Assembly: GCA_016930255.1 (NCBI GenBank)
Contig: JAFGHB010000005.1
Span: 6,942 to 70,941, forward strand
Length of the DNA: 64,000 bases
Direction: 5' to 3'
Source of the DNA: Methanomicrobia archaeon
GTDB lineage: Archaea > Halobacteriota > Syntropharchaeia > Alkanophagales > Methanospirareceae
In this document: positions 19,893 to 30,817 of the stretch, one piece after another
Numbering within the stretch: position 1 is the first letter of the stretch
Layout: every line of letters starts with the position of its first letter
Notes under the pieces: model-generated
The model's database searches: none
What the model saw: only the letters and a program-made list of their open reading frames with translations
What the model was told of the DNA's origin: nothing
Position numbers and translations under genes: made by a program

Positions 19893-20130
19893 GCTTCATC
19901 ACAAAATTAAGCAGCGTCCAAACAGTGAGTTGGGATCGCGCTGTTTCCATGGACTTGATGGCGTACGCTCAGCTCAGTTCACCAATCACGGTGAGCACCG
20001 TCCGGTGATGGTTTAACGAGCGTAGGAAAACTAAAATCCGACCGATCATAATCAAAAGGGAGAGTGATACCGACCTGTTCAAAAAGAGTGGTTTTTATAA
20101 GGGGGTTTTATAATAAGGATAAGAGCCGAA

Positions 20131-21135
20131 ATGAACAAGATGCTGTTCCAAGAGGAAGTGCAGTATTTCAATCGCAATTTATCGGAGGCGATCGAGCGGA
20201 AATTGCAGGGCTGTCACAATGAGCTGTTATGCGATGCACTGAGCTACATCAAGGATACCGGAGGGAAGCGACTGCGGCCGATTATTTGCTTCCTCTCTGC
20301 AGAGGCCGTGGGTGGCTCCCGTGAAGACGCGATCTCCACCGCGATAGCGATTGAACTCCTCCATAACGCTTCGCTGGTTCACGACGATATTATAGATAAC
20401 AACTATATACGGAGGAAGAATCCGTCCAATCCCGCGATGTACGGTGAGAAGAAAGCGATCGTCATCGGCGATCTCTTGTTCGGACTTTCGTGCGAGATGC
20501 TCGCCCAGTGTGGTGTGCCGGAAGTCGTGAGCTTGGTCTCGAGTGCCGTGGCTGATATCGCGATGGGCGAATATCTCGAGTTTGCCTTACGCTACCTGCT
20601 TGAAGCGACCGAGCACTCGTACATGGAAGTTGCGGAACTGAAAACCGCGGCCACCTTTCGTGCGAGCGCCGAAGCGGGTGCCGTGCTCGGCGGTGGATCC
20701 GAAAAAGAGATCGAGAACCTTCGCAACTACGGTAACAATTTAGGGATTGCCTTTCAAATTCAGGACGACATCTTAGACATCTGCGGCGAAACGGCGAAGA
20801 TAGGCAAACCGGTTGGATTGGACATCAAAAACGGTGAGCGCACGCTGCTTGTCATTCATGCATTGAACCACGCGGAATATCCCGAAAAGGATTATATCAA
20901 AGCGATTTTATTTGGGGATGGCGAGCCGGAAAGTTTTGACATTGATAAGGTGAGGACTATTTTGATAAAGTCCGGCTCGATCGATTACGCGCTTCGACTC
21001 TCCGCGGAGTTTGTAAGAACCGCGATCGATTGCATCGCAGGGCTCGAAGATTCGGAAGCGACGCAGAAACTGCAGTTCATTGCTGACTTCTCGCAGGAGC
21101 GAATAAATAATCACGTCCTGAAAACGCTTGGATAA
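20131..21135 (+). CDS. trans-polyprenyl (geranylgeranyl) diphosphate synthase
   Basis: 334 aa; first and second Asp-rich motifs VHDDIID and FQIQDDILD. Confidence 0.8.
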   Translation: MNKMLFQEEVQYFNRNLSEAIERKLQGCHNELLCDALSYIKDTGGKRLRPIICFLSAEAVGGSREDAISTAIAIELLHNASLVHDDIIDNNYIRRKNPSNPAMYGEKKAIVIGDLLFGLSCEMLAQCGVPEVVSLVSSAVADIAMGEYLEFALRYLLEATEHSYMEVAELKTAATFRASAEAGAVLGGGSEKEIENLRNYGNNLGIAFQIQDDILDICGETAKIGKPVGLDIKNGERTLLVIHALNHAEYPEKDYIKAILFGDGEPESFDIDKVRTILIKSGSIDYALRLSAEFVRTAIDCIAGLEDSEATQKLQFIADFSQERINNHVLKTLG

Positions 21136-21438
21136 GCTAGCAGTTGGTTCTATCAGTTTCATTTTTGCCTTTTGCTGGCTATCTCCTCTTTCGCTGGCTT
21201 ACTTTCCTATACCAGTGCGTCGCACTTCGATCCCTTGAACGGGTTAACCTCTGGCTCGTAGCCGGTGTTTTGCCAAACTTCCACATAAAGGATATGGACG
21301 CGTTGGCCCCGGGAATCAACTCGCTGAATGATTTTTGGCCAAAAAAACGCCCGTTTAAAGGCTCGTACTAGCGCGAAATCTATTGCTCATCGGAAAAAAC
21401 CGAAAGCTTTTTAAGTTACGAGCCAAAACGTTCATTCC

Positions 21439-21918
21439 ATGAGTGCAGATATGTTATTGCTGGCGACCCTTTCAGGTATAGCGGTTCTCTTCGCTCTGGG
21501 GGTCTTAGTGAGCAAGGATAACTTCTATTCAGCGCTTTTCATGTCCGTAACACAGGTTTTTGTCGCGACCGTTTACGCGCTCTTTAACCTGCAGCCAGTG
21601 TTCGTTCTACTCGTGTTCATCTTCGTCGGTGCGATCGGTATAGTAACGGTAGCGCTTGCAGCAACGTACAGGTCTGAGCCGGAGCGGCAAGTTTCTGGAT
21701 TGTGGGCAGCTCCCGTGGCTATAACTGCCCTTATCATTGCCTTTGCCCTCTTCTACTCGATGCTCAATACGCAACCGATGGCGGCCAGCACGATTGAATT
21801 TGAACTCGCCAATTTCCTGCCCGTTACAGAGTACCTGCTGATCATCGTTGCATTGATTTCGCTCGTTGTGCTCCTGCTGTTGTCTGTCTTGAAAATGAGT
21901 GTAGGGGGGAGAAGCTGA
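21439..21918 (+). CDS. fqoJ: F420H2:quinone oxidoreductase subunit J (NuoJ homolog)
   Basis: 159 aa, 5 TM segments, NuoJ-like; first gene of a 10-gene co-directional complex-I-like operon. A TATA-like TTTTTAAG lies ~25 nt upstream. Confidence 0.7.
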   Translation: MSADMLLLATLSGIAVLFALGVLVSKDNFYSALFMSVTQVFVATVYALFNLQPVFVLLVFIFVGAIGIVTVALAATYRSEPERQVSGLWAAPVAITALIIAFALFYSMLNTQPMAASTIEFELANFLPVTEYLLIIVALISLVVLLLLSVLKMSVGGRS

Positions 21919-22245
21919 ATGCCTGTGATAGATATGATGAGTTTGTCGATAATCTATGCGGCGTCGTTTGCGATCTTACTGGTTGGATACCTTGCAGCGA
22001 TCTCGAGTAAAGATGTGATCAGACTTCTTATTGCGCTTGAAATGATGTTTGGAGCGGTGTTTATGGCGTTGCTGCCGCTCTTTTCCGTTGCGAGCCTCGT
22101 CAATACCGCGTTTGGCATCGCACTGATCACGATCTTCGCGAGCAGTGGCGAACTGTTGATCTTAATCTCCGCGATTGCCATGCTCGACCGGCAGAAGAAG
22201 AGTATTAAAACAAGCACAGTTACGATAGGAGGCGACGAGCTATGA
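21919..22245 (+). CDS. fqoK: F420H2:quinone oxidoreductase subunit K (NuoK homolog)
   Basis: 108 aa, 3 TM segments, conserved NuoK Glu positions; 1-nt junction with fqoJ. Confidence 0.75.
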   Translation: MPVIDMMSLSIIYAASFAILLVGYLAAISSKDVIRLLIALEMMFGAVFMALLPLFSVASLVNTAFGIALITIFASSGELLILISAIAMLDRQKKSIKTSTVTIGGDEL

Positions 22246-23705
22246 CGGGTATGTTTCTGCTAATCTTGATACTCCTGCCCTTACTGTCGGCGATTATAGC
22301 GCCACTGTTGAAGCCGAAGGCAGCGACGTATCTTACCGCCCTGTTCTTCTTACTGCCCTTCTTCGGTATAATCTACAGTGTTCTCACCAATTATACCCCA
22401 GTGATCCATCTAATGACTTTCTCAGCGCCAATTGGCGAAATTTATCTCAATTTTGACTTTATCTCTCATGCTCTGGGGCTTACGATTTGCATTGTTTCGG
22501 CTATGATTGCCATGTTCGCGTTACCGTACATGCAGCATCGATTCGAGGAGATGAAACTCGACGTGGAGAAGGAGTTCCGAACGTACATATTCCTCTACGA
22601 TCTCTACGCGGCTTCGATGCTCTGGCTCGTTTACAGTGGCAATCTGATCCTGCTGTACGTGTTCCTGGAAATCGCGCTGATCACCGCGTTCCTGCTCATT
22701 TACTTCTACGGCTACGGAAGCCGGCAGTGGGTGGGCCAGTTATACCTGATCTGGAGTTTAGTTGCCGGTGTTCTGACGTTGGCAGGGATTCTTATCATCG
22801 GTGTTAACCATGACACGCTGGCTCTCAATGCGTTAATGCTGCCTGGTGTTACCGTTAGCACGGTGGCGTGGGCGTTCATCTTTATTGGTATGGTGATAGA
22901 GCTACCGGTTCTCGGTCCGCACGTATGGCTGCCCTGGGCGCACGCAGAAGCGCCAACACCGCTGAGTGCTTTGTTAAGCCCATTAACCGTTGGTCTGGCC
23001 GGGTATGTCCTTTTACGCGTGGCTTTGATCGATTACTCCTTTATCGTTACGTATCGGATACCAATACTCGCGTACGCGCTGTTCTCAAGCATTTACGCCG
23101 GGTTCTCGGTCTTCAGGCAGACGGATTTCAAACGACTGCTGGCGTATTCCACGGTGTCTCAGATGGGGTACGTGCTGGTAGCGCTCTGTCTCGGTCCTTT
23201 TGGACTGATCGGCCTGGTCATCCAGTACATGTCCCACGCGTTCGGTAAGTCAATCTTGTTTTCGTCCGCAGGCGGGGTCATCGCAGTGCATCACGGATTG
23301 CGAGACCTGAGGAAGATGGGTGGTCTGCACGATTCCATACCTACGATCTCTAATGCGGCCGTGATGGGTTTCCTGAACCTCGGCGGGATGTTAACGATAG
23401 GCATGCTCGGCGAGTTCTTCATATTACGCGGCGTTATAGAGACGTTTGGCATCAGCACAAAGGCCTTACCGGTGCTCTTAGCGGTGATATTCATGTTCAT
23501 TCTCTCGGTTTGGTACGGGTTCTACACGATAAAGCGAGTTTTCTACGGTAAGCCGAAGAGCACGGAACGGCTAGAGATAAGCAGTTACCTCTACGTCCCG
23601 CTGTATATAATCGGGCTAGTGTCAATACTGCTCCTGTTCCCACCATTGTCATCCGCACTGATTCCAGGACTTAAAGCAGTTATATTAGGAGGGCTGATAC
23701 CATGA
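22242..23705 (+). CDS. fqoM: F420H2:quinone oxidoreductase antiporter-like subunit M (NuoM homolog)
   Basis: 487 aa polytopic; 4-bp overlaps on both sides. Confidence 0.7.
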   Translation: MTGMFLLILILLPLLSAIIAPLLKPKAATYLTALFFLLPFFGIIYSVLTNYTPVIHLMTFSAPIGEIYLNFDFISHALGLTICIVSAMIAMFALPYMQHRFEEMKLDVEKEFRTYIFLYDLYAASMLWLVYSGNLILLYVFLEIALITAFLLIYFYGYGSRQWVGQLYLIWSLVAGVLTLAGILIIGVNHDTLALNALMLPGVTVSTVAWAFIFIGMVIELPVLGPHVWLPWAHAEAPTPLSALLSPLTVGLAGYVLLRVALIDYSFIVTYRIPILAYALFSSIYAGFSVFRQTDFKRLLAYSTVSQMGYVLVALCLGPFGLIGLVIQYMSHAFGKSILFSSAGGVIAVHHGLRDLRKMGGLHDSIPTISNAAVMGFLNLGGMLTIGMLGEFFILRGVIETFGISTKALPVLLAVIFMFILSVWYGFYTIKRVFYGKPKSTERLEISSYLYVPLYIIGLVSILLLFPPLSSALIPGLKAVILGGLIP

Positions 23706-25624
23706 ACGAGTGGATTATCTTTTTGTTGCTGTTTCTGACACCTGTCGTCAGTAGCGTTCCGATTGCGTTAGCGTACAAGAGTAAGGAATGGACGGAGAAG
23801 CTGCCGTATCTCTCGGTATTCGGGATCTTCGTTTCGGTCGTGATGAGTATTTATATCTTCCTCACGTTCCCGGAACAGCAATACTCGTACCCGTGGATTC
23901 CCGAGCTGGGGATTAATATCGTGGTCATCACGGACTATCTGAGCAGGTACATGGGCGTTGTTACCGCGCTTATCGCGTTCTTCATCGGCATTTACGGCCT
24001 CGATTACATGAAGGGCGATTACCGACCAAGCTGGTACTGGTTCTTCTTCAACCTGTTCACCGCGTCCATGCTTCTCGTGGTGTATAGTGACAACCTGTTC
24101 CTGCTCTTTGTCGGTTGGGAAGGCCTTGGTGGCGCTTCCTGGGGACTGATCGGGCACTGGTTCCGGGACGACGATGATATCGCATACGTGGGTAGAGAAG
24201 GGAGAAAGGTCGGGCCTCTATTAATGCACTGGCCACCGAGCTTTGGTGGATGGCGAGCGATCTCAACAATTCGATTCGGCGACGTTCCCATGTTCCTCGC
24301 AATCGCTGCGATATGGACATTATCACCCACCCTTAATATCTCAGAGATGGACTGGGGCGGACTGTTCACCACGATAGGAGCTGCCGGGACGATAATACTC
24401 TTCCTCTGTTTCCTCATGGGGCTGTTTACGAAGTCCGCACAGGTGCCGTTCTCTGAGTGGCTCATGACCGCGATGACCGGCCCGACAACTGTGAGTGCGC
24501 TCTTACACAGTGCGACCATGGTGGCAGCGGGAGCGTTCGTATTCCTTAAATTGACGTGGTATATCGAGCCGTGGACCTTGCATGGTGTGCCGGGGCTTGA
24601 GACGGTTTACACGATCGTCCTTTTCGTTGGGCTTCTATCAGGCTTGTACGGTGCGCTTTCGGGATCCGGCATGCTTGAGCGGAAAGTTCTACTTGCGGCA
24701 TCCACGATGTCCAGTATCGGACTGATGTTCGCATCGACTGCCGCTTCGTTCTGGGTCGGCCATTTCGCCGTGCTCGTCGGATTCTGGTATATGGCGGTGC
24801 ATGCGTTTGCAAAAGCGAGTTTGTTCCTCGTCAGTGGCCATTTGATCCACGCGACGCACAGCAGGTTCCTGGGCGGCGGTCGCGAGTTCGCGAAGAAGAT
24901 GACACCCGCATTTGTCGTTACCATCGTCGCTACTACGTTCCTCGTTGGTATGCCGCCGTTGACCGCATACTGGGTGAAGTCTGGAATGGACTTTGTCATG
25001 GAAGAGCTGCATCATGAGTTTGGTCTGCTGCCGCTTGCACTGCTTGTCGTTACCTCGTTGGTCTATTCGGGAATCCTCGCGAAGTTCCTCAGCTTGAACT
25101 TCATCAAGGGCGAAAAACCGCACCACGAGCATACCGAAGGCGGAGGGCTGATGAAAATCGGATACATCTTGATGGTCTCCGTGCTCTTTGTGATCACGTA
25201 CCTGTTCCTCTTTACGGCTGGCGAGGCACACGTATTCGAAGAATTTGTGCACGAAGGGCAGGCCGAGGTGTCTATTATAGTGGGATTATCAATTCTGGTA
25301 GCGTATGTCGTGGGACTTGTTAAGCCCCGGATAAGCGCTCTTTCCAAGCTCGGCACGTTCTTCAGCGACCGGATGTATCTCCCATTCCTCAACGATTACA
25401 TTGTGCCAAAGGTTGGTTTCTCTATCTCGGACGCCGTTCAGGACTATGGAAACGAGAGTATAGACGGATTCTTCAATACAAAGGTGATACCGAGCTTTTT
25501 CGGCAACGTTTCCACGAGAATCAGATCTATTCAGACCGGGTACCTCAGTAGATACGTAAACATAGTTCTCGGTGTTGTGATGGCAATTCTTATATTAGTC
25601 GCAATAGGAGGGGTGTTGCTATGA
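23702..25624 (+). CDS. fqoL: F420H2:quinone oxidoreductase antiporter-like subunit L (NuoL homolog)
   Basis: 640 aa; NuoL block AQVPFSEWLMTAMTGPTTVSALLHSATMVAAG; long C-terminal region. Confidence 0.8.
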   Translation: MNEWIIFLLLFLTPVVSSVPIALAYKSKEWTEKLPYLSVFGIFVSVVMSIYIFLTFPEQQYSYPWIPELGINIVVITDYLSRYMGVVTALIAFFIGIYGLDYMKGDYRPSWYWFFFNLFTASMLLVVYSDNLFLLFVGWEGLGGASWGLIGHWFRDDDDIAYVGREGRKVGPLLMHWPPSFGGWRAISTIRFGDVPMFLAIAAIWTLSPTLNISEMDWGGLFTTIGAAGTIILFLCFLMGLFTKSAQVPFSEWLMTAMTGPTTVSALLHSATMVAAGAFVFLKLTWYIEPWTLHGVPGLETVYTIVLFVGLLSGLYGALSGSGMLERKVLLAASTMSSIGLMFASTAASFWVGHFAVLVGFWYMAVHAFAKASLFLVSGHLIHATHSRFLGGGREFAKKMTPAFVVTIVATTFLVGMPPLTAYWVKSGMDFVMEELHHEFGLLPLALLVVTSLVYSGILAKFLSLNFIKGEKPHHEHTEGGGLMKIGYILMVSVLFVITYLFLFTAGEAHVFEEFVHEGQAEVSIIVGLSILVAYVVGLVKPRISALSKLGTFFSDRMYLPFLNDYIVPKVGFSISDAVQDYGNESIDGFFNTKVIPSFFGNVSTRIRSIQTGYLSRYVNIVLGVVMAILILVAIGGVLL

Positions 25625-26877
25625 TCTCAACGACGATAATGATGATGTTCGGGGCCTTAGTGATCTTGACGCTGTGTTCTGTAGTTGCCGTTAAAGTCCG
25701 TGACGCTGGATTGGTTGGCGCGATTGTAGCGATCCTGCTTGGGTTCGCAGCGGTTACGTTCTCGAACCCCAGTCTCATTTATTATAGCGCATTCGTGCTC
25801 GTGATTAGTTTCATCAACCTTGCTTCGCTCAAGACGATCAAGAGCGTCATTCAAGGCGTGGATTACGGCCTAGTCGGATTGATGGCGCTGGCAACGCTGT
25901 ACATCTTCAGTACGCAGGATCTCGCCATGGTTCTGGCCGCGTTTGTGATCGTTTCCGTGCCCACCTATATCCTGGTGATGGTGCGCGAGGGCGGCACGAA
26001 CGTAGAGGTGGGCGTCAAATACATCACCTTTATGGTTCTGGCCACCGTTCTGTTCCTGATCGGCGCGGTTACCTTGGCGTACACGAATAACGCACCGAAC
26101 GACCTCCTGTACATCTTCGGCTACGTAATGCTCGTGTTAGGGTTGAGCATGGAAGTAGGCGTGGCGCCGTTGCACGAGTGGGTTCCGGACGTTTTCGCAA
26201 GTGCGGATCCGATTCCACTGTCTATCATCGCTTCGCTTGCCAAGGTCGTTCCGTTTATCATCGCTTTGAAGATACTACACTCCACTGCGACTCCGTTGAT
26301 CGTTTCGCTCTCACTCTTTACCGCGGTGCTCGCGGCAATCTCCATGTTTACTGGTAATATCGGAGCGTTGACCTCGAAAGAGCCGGCACGCGTGCTCGCG
26401 TATTCTACGGTTGCGAACATGGGGTACGTGCTGGCATGCGTGGTGGTGATAGCGAAGCCGGAGTACTTCTATTTCGCGCTGACCGGAGCGTTGCTCATGC
26501 TGTTCGCAAATGCTGCGGGAAAGATAGGGTTCTTCAACGCGATCAAGAACAAAGGCGCGTTCTCACCGCTGATGTACATGCTTGCGTTCTCCTTCATCGG
26601 GCTGCCACCGCTCATGGGATTCTGGGGTAAGCTGTTCATCCTTTTCACTCTAGTCAAGGCCGAGTATGTCTGGCTGGTTGCACTGATGGTTCTCAATTCC
26701 GCAATATCGGTTCCGTATTATCTGCGGCTCGCGCGGGAACTCGGCGTCGGATGGAAAGCTGACCTCACCAATTACATCTGCGTCGCCGCGGTGCTTCTAA
26801 CGTTGGTCACGTTCTTGCCAGATTGGTTCTTTAAAGGAATGGAGGTAATCGCCCAGACGATAAGTATAGCGATATAA
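25621..26877 (+). CDS. fqoN: F420H2:quinone oxidoreductase antiporter-like subunit N (NuoN homolog)
   Basis: 418 aa polytopic membrane protein. Confidence 0.7.
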   Translation: MISTTIMMMFGALVILTLCSVVAVKVRDAGLVGAIVAILLGFAAVTFSNPSLIYYSAFVLVISFINLASLKTIKSVIQGVDYGLVGLMALATLYIFSTQDLAMVLAAFVIVSVPTYILVMVREGGTNVEVGVKYITFMVLATVLFLIGAVTLAYTNNAPNDLLYIFGYVMLVLGLSMEVGVAPLHEWVPDVFASADPIPLSIIASLAKVVPFIIALKILHSTATPLIVSLSLFTAVLAAISMFTGNIGALTSKEPARVLAYSTVANMGYVLACVVVIAKPEYFYFALTGALLMLFANAAGKIGFFNAIKNKGAFSPLMYMLAFSFIGLPPLMGFWGKLFILFTLVKAEYVWLVALMVLNSAISVPYYLRLARELGVGWKADLTNYICVAAVLLTLVTFLPDWFFKGMEVIAQTISIAI

Positions 26878-27248
26878 TGGGAAGAGAGAAAATGATAGAA
26901 AATGTACTGATAATCGGTGTCCTGATCGCTGTGTGCGTGCTGGTAGATCTGGTTCTGCTCTTGCTCGTGAAAGTATTGCCGAGGTATGACCTGACGGAGA
27001 TAAAGACGATGCGGTGGGAAGCAGGGAACCCACCGATGAAGTTCCCGAAGTATACGCTGTCCATGCAGTATTTCGGGTATATGTACCTGTTCATGGCGGC
27101 GGAACCCGTTGTCGTTCTTCTGCTCCTGTTTGCAGCGTATCAAACGGTAAGCTTCCTGATGCTGTTGCTGCTTTCACTCGTCCTGATGGTGCCTGCGATC
27201 TATGCGGGCTATACGATCACACTTGAAATGGCGGAGGCAAGAAGCTAA
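26877..27248 (+). CDS. fqoA: F420H2:quinone oxidoreductase subunit A (NuoA homolog)
   Basis: 123 aa, 3 TM segments, NuoA-like. Confidence 0.7.
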   Translation: MGREKMIENVLIIGVLIAVCVLVDLVLLLLVKVLPRYDLTEIKTMRWEAGNPPMKFPKYTLSMQYFGYMYLFMAAEPVVVLLLLFAAYQTVSFLMLLLLSLVLMVPAIYAGYTITLEMAEARS

Positions 27249-27293
27249 GCTAGGAGAAGAGAAAAAACATAAAGAGAGGTGACGAGATAAAAA

Positions 27294-29615
27294 ATGGAAA
27301 ATCCAAACAAACATATAGACTTCCTCGAATCAGGACCCCTTGCACCGTTTAAGAAATGGGCTGCGAAGTGGAGTTTATGGCCTTGCCATTTCATTACATC
27401 CTGCTGTGGCGTTGAACTCGCCCATGCGTTTGCGTGCGGCTATGATGGTGAACGATTGGGAACGTTGAACCTCGGTATCGCGCGGCAGTCGAACTTTATC
27501 ATCATTGAGGGGACGATCTCAAGGAAGATGGCGCGGGCGTTGCAATTCGTGTACGGGCAGATGCCCGACCCGAAGTTCGTGAACGTGATTGGCGCGTGTG
27601 GTGAGCGAGGCGGAATATTCTGGAACAGCTACAACATCACGCATCCTTCTGATATCGTTCCGGTCGATTTCTTTATCCCTGGCTGTCCGGTAACACCCGA
27701 GAGCCTTTTACGGGGAGTGAGAGCGCTTCAAGATAAGATATCAGGTGTAAAAAACCAAAAGACGATAGAATTCACGAAGGTGGAGCTGCCGTTCGAGCAG
27801 AAGCTGGAGGAACGAATGGTGCCCACATCGCCAAAGATCTATGCGCCGACGCCCGATATCCGAGTGGACGTTAAAAGGATGGTTGACTGGTCGTTCGGCA
27901 AAGGGTTAGAGGCTCGTTTCAAAAAGGACCTGAAAGGTCTTTATGAATCCATAACGATCACCGGTACGAATCGGATAGCGATAAAAACGACGCCGGAGAA
28001 CCTGATAAAAGTTGCACAGCGGCTCAAGGGTCAGATGCAGTTTGACCACGTAAAGAGCGTGAATGTGATCCAGGTGCCGCACGAGCGGAAGTTTATTGTG
28101 GAGTACCTGACTTCAAGTTACCGTGTTGAAGAGCTCATGCCTGTGCTCGTAACCATTTTCACGGAGATCGGGCTGAAGGATCCGAAGATCAAGAGCCTGA
28201 TGTCCATATGGGAGAGCGCGAATTATTCCGAACGGGAATTGCACGAGTTCTTTGGCGTCTGGTTCGAAGGGAACAACTGGATGGGCAAGAAGTTCTTGCT
28301 GGCGCCCGACACGCCGGATCTCCCGCTGCGTAAGGAATTCAAGCTTCCCGATGAGCGATACGTCTTTGAGAAGGATGTGGAGCCTGAGTTCATGGTGCCC
28401 ATCGAGCCGCCAAAGGATCTGTATACCCCGATTTGGCAAGAGTTTATAGATGAGGCGTACGATAGTGACGAGATGGTCGTTCCCATAGGACCACACCATG
28501 CGGGCAGCGGGCATCTCAGGGTGACGTTCAGGATAAAGGGAGATCGAATCGTAGATGCCATTCCCGAACCGGGATTTGTGCACCGCTCGATGGAGAAGCT
28601 TGCGGAGAACAAGCTGTATATCCAGAACGTTCCGCTGTTTGAGCGTTTGGCGATCAACGATCCGGCGAACATGAACTTAGCGTACGTCAGGACGATAGAA
28701 GACGCGCTGGGCGTGGAAGTGCCGGAGAGAGCGAAGTATTTACGGACCATCATGGCCGAGCTCTCACGGTTAGAGGCGTTCTTCTACGACTCCGGGATAT
28801 TCTCCCTGTTCTTCGGCCATACCACGGGCTTCATGTACTGCATGGCAATCAGGGAGATGTTAATCGAAGCGCTGATGCATATCTCAGGCTCGCGAAGCGG
28901 GCCTTCCTTCATCGTTCCCGGTGGACTGCGGCGAGACATTTCGGATGACGTGCTCCAGATGATCGATAACATCACGTTTGCAATCCACAAGAGGATGAAG
29001 AAGTTTGAGAACATCTTTGTCTATAACCCCGTGACGATAGCGCGAGCAAAAGGTGTCGGGGTGCTGACGAAGGAGGACGCAATACGCTGCGGTATGGTAG
29101 GGCCATTCCTGCGAGCGTCCGGTGTGAATTACGACGTCCGGAAGATCGCGCCGTATGAAGCGTACGATAAGCTTGATTGGGAAGTGACGACCGGCGACGA
29201 CGGCGATTGTCTGGGCAGGTTCCTGGGCAGGCTGGAGGAGATACGCGAGAGCATAAAGATAACGAAACAGGCAGTGGACGCAGTGCGAGGTATAAAAGGC
29301 CCGATTCTGAGCGAAGATATCCTCGGCGAGTACAAGGAGGCTGCAAGCGACATAAAGGGCAGTTTCTTCAGAGTTTACGGCAACTTGGTGCTGCCAAAGG
29401 GTGAATGGACGACCATTACCGAGGCAGCCCGGGGCACGACGTTGTTCACGATTAGTAGCGATGGCGAATCGAATGTTCCGTACCGTGTGCGGGTCATAAG
29501 CCCCTGTTGGATGAACCTGAGAGGCTTTATGGAAGCGGTCAAGGGCGGACGATATGCAGACTTCTGGGCGGTGTATGGTAGCTTTGGGTACTTCCCACCG
29601 GAGGCGGATAGATAG
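27294..29615 (+). CDS. fqoBCD: fused NuoB-NuoC-NuoD homolog (FqoBCD) of F420H2:quinone oxidoreductase
   Basis: 773 aa in one uninterrupted ORF. N-terminal NuoB signature (WPCHFITSCCGVE...GACGERGG...PGCP); a central 30-kDa-subunit-like segment; a C-terminal 49-kDa NuoD-like domain. Confidence 0.8.
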   Translation: MENPNKHIDFLESGPLAPFKKWAAKWSLWPCHFITSCCGVELAHAFACGYDGERLGTLNLGIARQSNFIIIEGTISRKMARALQFVYGQMPDPKFVNVIGACGERGGIFWNSYNITHPSDIVPVDFFIPGCPVTPESLLRGVRALQDKISGVKNQKTIEFTKVELPFEQKLEERMVPTSPKIYAPTPDIRVDVKRMVDWSFGKGLEARFKKDLKGLYESITITGTNRIAIKTTPENLIKVAQRLKGQMQFDHVKSVNVIQVPHERKFIVEYLTSSYRVEELMPVLVTIFTEIGLKDPKIKSLMSIWESANYSERELHEFFGVWFEGNNWMGKKFLLAPDTPDLPLRKEFKLPDERYVFEKDVEPEFMVPIEPPKDLYTPIWQEFIDEAYDSDEMVVPIGPHHAGSGHLRVTFRIKGDRIVDAIPEPGFVHRSMEKLAENKLYIQNVPLFERLAINDPANMNLAYVRTIEDALGVEVPERAKYLRTIMAELSRLEAFFYDSGIFSLFFGHTTGFMYCMAIREMLIEALMHISGSRSGPSFIVPGGLRRDISDDVLQMIDNITFAIHKRMKKFENIFVYNPVTIARAKGVGVLTKEDAIRCGMVGPFLRASGVNYDVRKIAPYEAYDKLDWEVTTGDDGDCLGRFLGRLEEIRESIKITKQAVDAVRGIKGPILSEDILGEYKEAASDIKGSFFRVYGNLVLPKGEWTTITEAARGTTLFTISSDGESNVPYRVRVISPCWMNLRGFMEAVKGGRYADFWAVYGSFGYFPPEADR

Positions 29616-29638
29616 GAGTATAGGAGAGGAGAAGAAAA

Positions 29639-30817
29639 ATGATAGATATAAGCGGTCTCATAAGCACGATAATGAGCAACCAAGTGAATATCCCCTTACT
29701 GTACGTGATCTACGAGTTCTTGCTCACGATACCAGTGATCGGAAGTATCGTTGCGTTCATTTTTAACATGATCCCCATATCCGGGGTTCCGATCGTAAAG
29801 CTGATCATTGGATTTGTACTGTGGAAGCCGATGTTTATAATGCTCCTTTTGCCGGGGTTCGCGACGCTGGGTACTATGCTGCTCGTTTTGCCTTGGCTGG
29901 AACGGAAACTTGTGGGCCGGATGCAATGGCGGGTGGGTCCGCGTGAGATTGCACCGCGTACAAGAGGAAGTATTCAGTTGCTCGCAGATACATTCCGCTT
30001 CCTTTTCCAGGAGGTAATCATCCATAAGGATGCGGATCGCCTGTATTTCTTACAGTTCCCGTTCCTCTATTTCCTGCCCGTGCTACTCCCGCTCCTCTTT
30101 ATCAATATGGGAGCTGCCGGTCGGCCACTCGTACCCATAGAGACGCCTTACGCACTGCAGATAATGATCGGGTTGGTCAGTTTCATGCCTGTATTCATCA
30201 TGGGCGTTGGCTGGGCTTCGAACAACCGGTTCGCGTTCATCGGTACGGTTCGAGAGGCGTTCATGTACTTTGCCTACGAAATACCGTTTATTATGGCAGT
30301 GCTCGCGATGATTATCCTTTATGGCACATCAAACACCGCAGATGTTATGAGTCTCGCGTTAGGTAACCAAAGCTCGTGGTGGAACTGGGGAATCGTCCTC
30401 AATCCGCTCGCTGCGCTCACGTTCTTCATTGCAATGGTGATGGCGACCGCGCGATTGCCGTTTGAGATCCCAGAAGCAGATCAGGAGTTGGCCTTCGGAC
30501 CGTTCCTCGAGTTATCGGGTATTGCCTTCGGGCTTGCGTACATAATGGCGTACGAGAAGATGTATGTGCTCGCTGCGATCATGACGATGTTGTTCCTTGG
30601 CGGTGGCAGCGGTCCGGTCATTCCCTATTTGGGCGATTTGTCCTACGGTATCTGGTTCGTGGTGAAGACACTGGTCATTCTGCTGGTCGGGGTCAACCTC
30701 CGTGGCGTGTATCCGCGGTATCGGCTTGACCAAGCACTGAATGTGGGATGGAGCGCAATACTCGTACTTGCTTTGGTTGCACTTGTATGGTCAGTCGTAT
30801 TAGGAGGATTACTATGA
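29639..30817 (+). CDS. fqoH: F420H2:quinone oxidoreductase subunit H (NuoH homolog)
   Basis: 392 aa polytopic, NuoH/ND1-like. Confidence 0.75.
   Translation: MIDISGLISTIMSNQVNIPLLYVIYEFLLTIPVIGSIVAFIFNMIPISGVPIVKLIIGFVLWKPMFIMLLLPGFATLGTMLLVLPWLERKLVGRMQWRVGPREIAPRTRGSIQLLADTFRFLFQEVIIHKDADRLYFLQFPFLYFLPVLLPLLFINMGAAGRPLVPIETPYALQIMIGLVSFMPVFIMGVGWASNNRFAFIGTVREAFMYFAYEIPFIMAVLAMIILYGTSNTADVMSLALGNQSSWWNWGIVLNPLAALTFFIAMVMATARLPFEIPEADQELAFGPFLELSGIAFGLAYIMAYEKMYVLAAIMTMLFLGGGSGPVIPYLGDLSYGIWFVVKTLVILLVGVNLRGVYPRYRLDQALNVGWSAILVLALVALVWSVVLGGLL

Noticed and set aside
19893-21438. tRNA/ncRNA genes in the larger intergenic gaps (19893-20130, 21136-21438, 49475-49957, 54335-54812)
   Set aside because: I scanned for D-loop (GGTAGAGC-like) and T-loop (GGTTCGAATCC-like) signatures with flanking acceptor pairing. 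No convincing cloverleaf was found, and no rRNA-like sequence either.
30748-30812. Upstream extensions of the fqoI (30748) and fqoF (31535) ORFs in the six-frame track
   Set aside because: The extensions (MERNTRTCFGCTCMVSRIRRIT..., MLGSEGRGGERRRKK...) overlap the preceding gene or its RBS. Strong SD sequences directly precede the internal ATGs at 30813 and 31580, which are taken as the true starts.
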